Below are positions 62,242 through 64,000 of a stretch of 64,000 nt of DNA, piece by piece. The first letter of the stretch is position 1; the number at the start of each line of letters is the position of its first letter. The DNA is from Azolla caroliniana. Its lineage: Eukaryota; Plantae; Polypodiophyta. Both the position numbers and the translations under genes were made by a program. The stretch lies in contig JBHGNT010000014.1 in assembly GCA_043228905.1 (NCBI GenBank), positions 17,360,001-17,424,000 of the forward strand, written 5' to 3'. Below the pieces are notes generated by a model. That model did no database searches, was not told the origin of the DNA, and saw only the letters and a list, made by a program, of their open reading frames with translations.

Positions 62242-64000
62242 AACTCTATCGGATCGAACAGTGGCAGATGATGCTTGGACTGCACAGTGGCGGCAACTGA
62301 GTGTAGAATGGCGACAATGGAGGAGTGGACTCAATAGGGTTTAGGAACAATGGTAGTAACCTAAGCTTGAATAATCACAAAGTGATGGCCAACGTGATGT
62401 GGCAATGGATCATGCATAATGCACCTAGGAATTCGGTATATAATTTATGGTGCACACATCCATTTATGGTGCATGTTTATGTTGCATATTTATGGTGCTT
62501 ATTTCTATAATTAAAGCATTCTAATGTTTTCATTCATGGTGCAAAAATGACTATTTATCACTGGTAGCTTTTTGCATAGCTAATTGTTTCCACTCGCATG
62601 TTTTAACCCATATTCATACATATTCGTGAATCGCCATCTTGATGTAACATACAATATTTACATTTCATATATGAGAACCATCACTTCCCAAAGATACACC
62701 TTCCCCTTCAGACCCATCCGATGAACTAGAAGAGCTTTGTGAGGTCTCATCCTCATCATCACTAGCAACAAATGCATTGTCTTCATCCAATTGCAATCCA
62801 ACGTCACTGTGATTATGAGACATACTCCTTGTTCGTGTTTCGGTTGCATCAAGAGGTACATCTGGGATCTTCTCTTTTATTATCCTGATTGTAGTTTGTC
62901 TTAGATGGCTTGTTTTGGTCAAGGAGAAGTCATACACTAGTATGTCGGCATTATCAAGTGTCAGAGTAGACGTGTCGGGTGTTACGAAGGCGCTTCGGCT
63001 CTTCTTTGTGCACATCAGATCGTGATGTGCTAGATTGTTTAGTGTGCTCAAGGCAGAAAAGGAAGGGGGAAGGGGACTTACCTCTGTAGCAACCCAAAAG
63101 CTTCTATTTCATTACACACAGCGAAACCTCTCTTGTCAGTTTTCTTCTCCTCTTACAACTACTCTCATACTTCTCACTCTTACTTTTTTACCTAAGTTAT
63201 AAGTGTCTTACATATTCAGCTAATTAGCTGTGAGTAGCTAATTAGCTGTGACTACCTAAATAGTTGAGTAGCTAAATAGTTGTTTTACCTATATGTCCAC
63301 TAGTAACACCGGGGCATTTGAAATAGGTGATATGTCGCAATTTAAGAACAGTCTGTCCAAAAAAGGCACAAAGAAGGTCATTTCACAAAAAGGACCATCG
63401 CATGCGTAAAGGGTTTTGGAAATTGAATCAAAATATATTGATTTATACCATAGTATGAACCATACGTATCATACGTGCATTCGCATTCGTGAATGTTTCA
63501 ATCATTTGTGTAAGAAAAACACCCTCTATGAATGATAAATACCATACTTTTGGATTAACTATTTATTATGAGGTAAATAAGCCTAAAAAAAGGAAAAAAA
63601 TTAAAAAAAATGGGAAAAAAACAAAAACACAAGAATGTTTGAATAGCATTTGCATTCGTTTTCCAGCATAGGAAAACGAATGTTATGCTAGACAAACACG
63701 AATTTTACGTACTATGATTTATACCATGTCCAAAAATTTCAGGCTTTCAAAAAATGCCCCTAATAATCGACATGTGAAATTTACAAGAGAACATACAAAA
63801 ACTACAAAATGACTAACATGTATATTTATATATATTTGTGAATCACCATATTGATGTAACATACAATATTTACATTTCATATATGAGATCCATCACTTCC
63901 AAGAGATACACCTTCCGCTTTAGACCCACCCGGTGAACTAGAAGAGCTTTGTGAAGTCTTCATCCAATTGCAATCCAAAGTCACTGTGATTATGAGACAT

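Larger units (their letters stand above)
46394..64000. repeat. Tandem array of a 7924-bp unit: 46394-54317, 54318-62241, 62242 to window end (partial)
   Basis: All track ORFs recur at +7924; identical junction CGTATGT|AACTCTATCGG at 54317 and 62241. Confidence 0.98.

Noticed and set aside
1-64000. Minus-strand orientation bias of elements
   Set aside because: At least three insertions are on the plus strand, and there are too few independent events to be meaningful.

Overview
Plant heterochromatin-type window, probably a non-seed land plant (inferred from Phygy/Selgy-like Gypsy and Sola-like transposases). It is made almost entirely of nested transposable elements, and no host housekeeping gene is recognisable. 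From left to right: a Tork/Tnt1-like Copia (A, runs off the left edge) sits in the LTR minisatellite of a sister Copia (B, intact 1357-aa polyprotein). B sits in a Gypsy LTR that itself sits in another Gypsy LTR. Next come a deleted tRNA-Trp-primed Gypsy (D) and a decayed Copia (F) carrying a hAT MITE and a Tat-like LTR fragment. A large spliced Sola2-like DNA transposon (about 23.6-46.2 kb) is broken up by a Copia (C), a Gypsy solo LTR, a truncated Copia (G, holding a second Gypsy solo LTR) and a full-length Gypsy (E). From 46394 to the window end there is a near-perfect 7924-bp tandem array (at least 2.2 copies) of a Sola1-like transposase gene, a hAT MITE and a deleted Copia. The most notable signal is the tRNA-Trp-primed Gypsy lineage. 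It has 4-bp TSDs that are all centred on CpG, a conserved GGATTTT-TAG slippery site plus predicted pseudoknot between protease and RT, and a tRNA-like Pol III cassette inside the E-family LTR.
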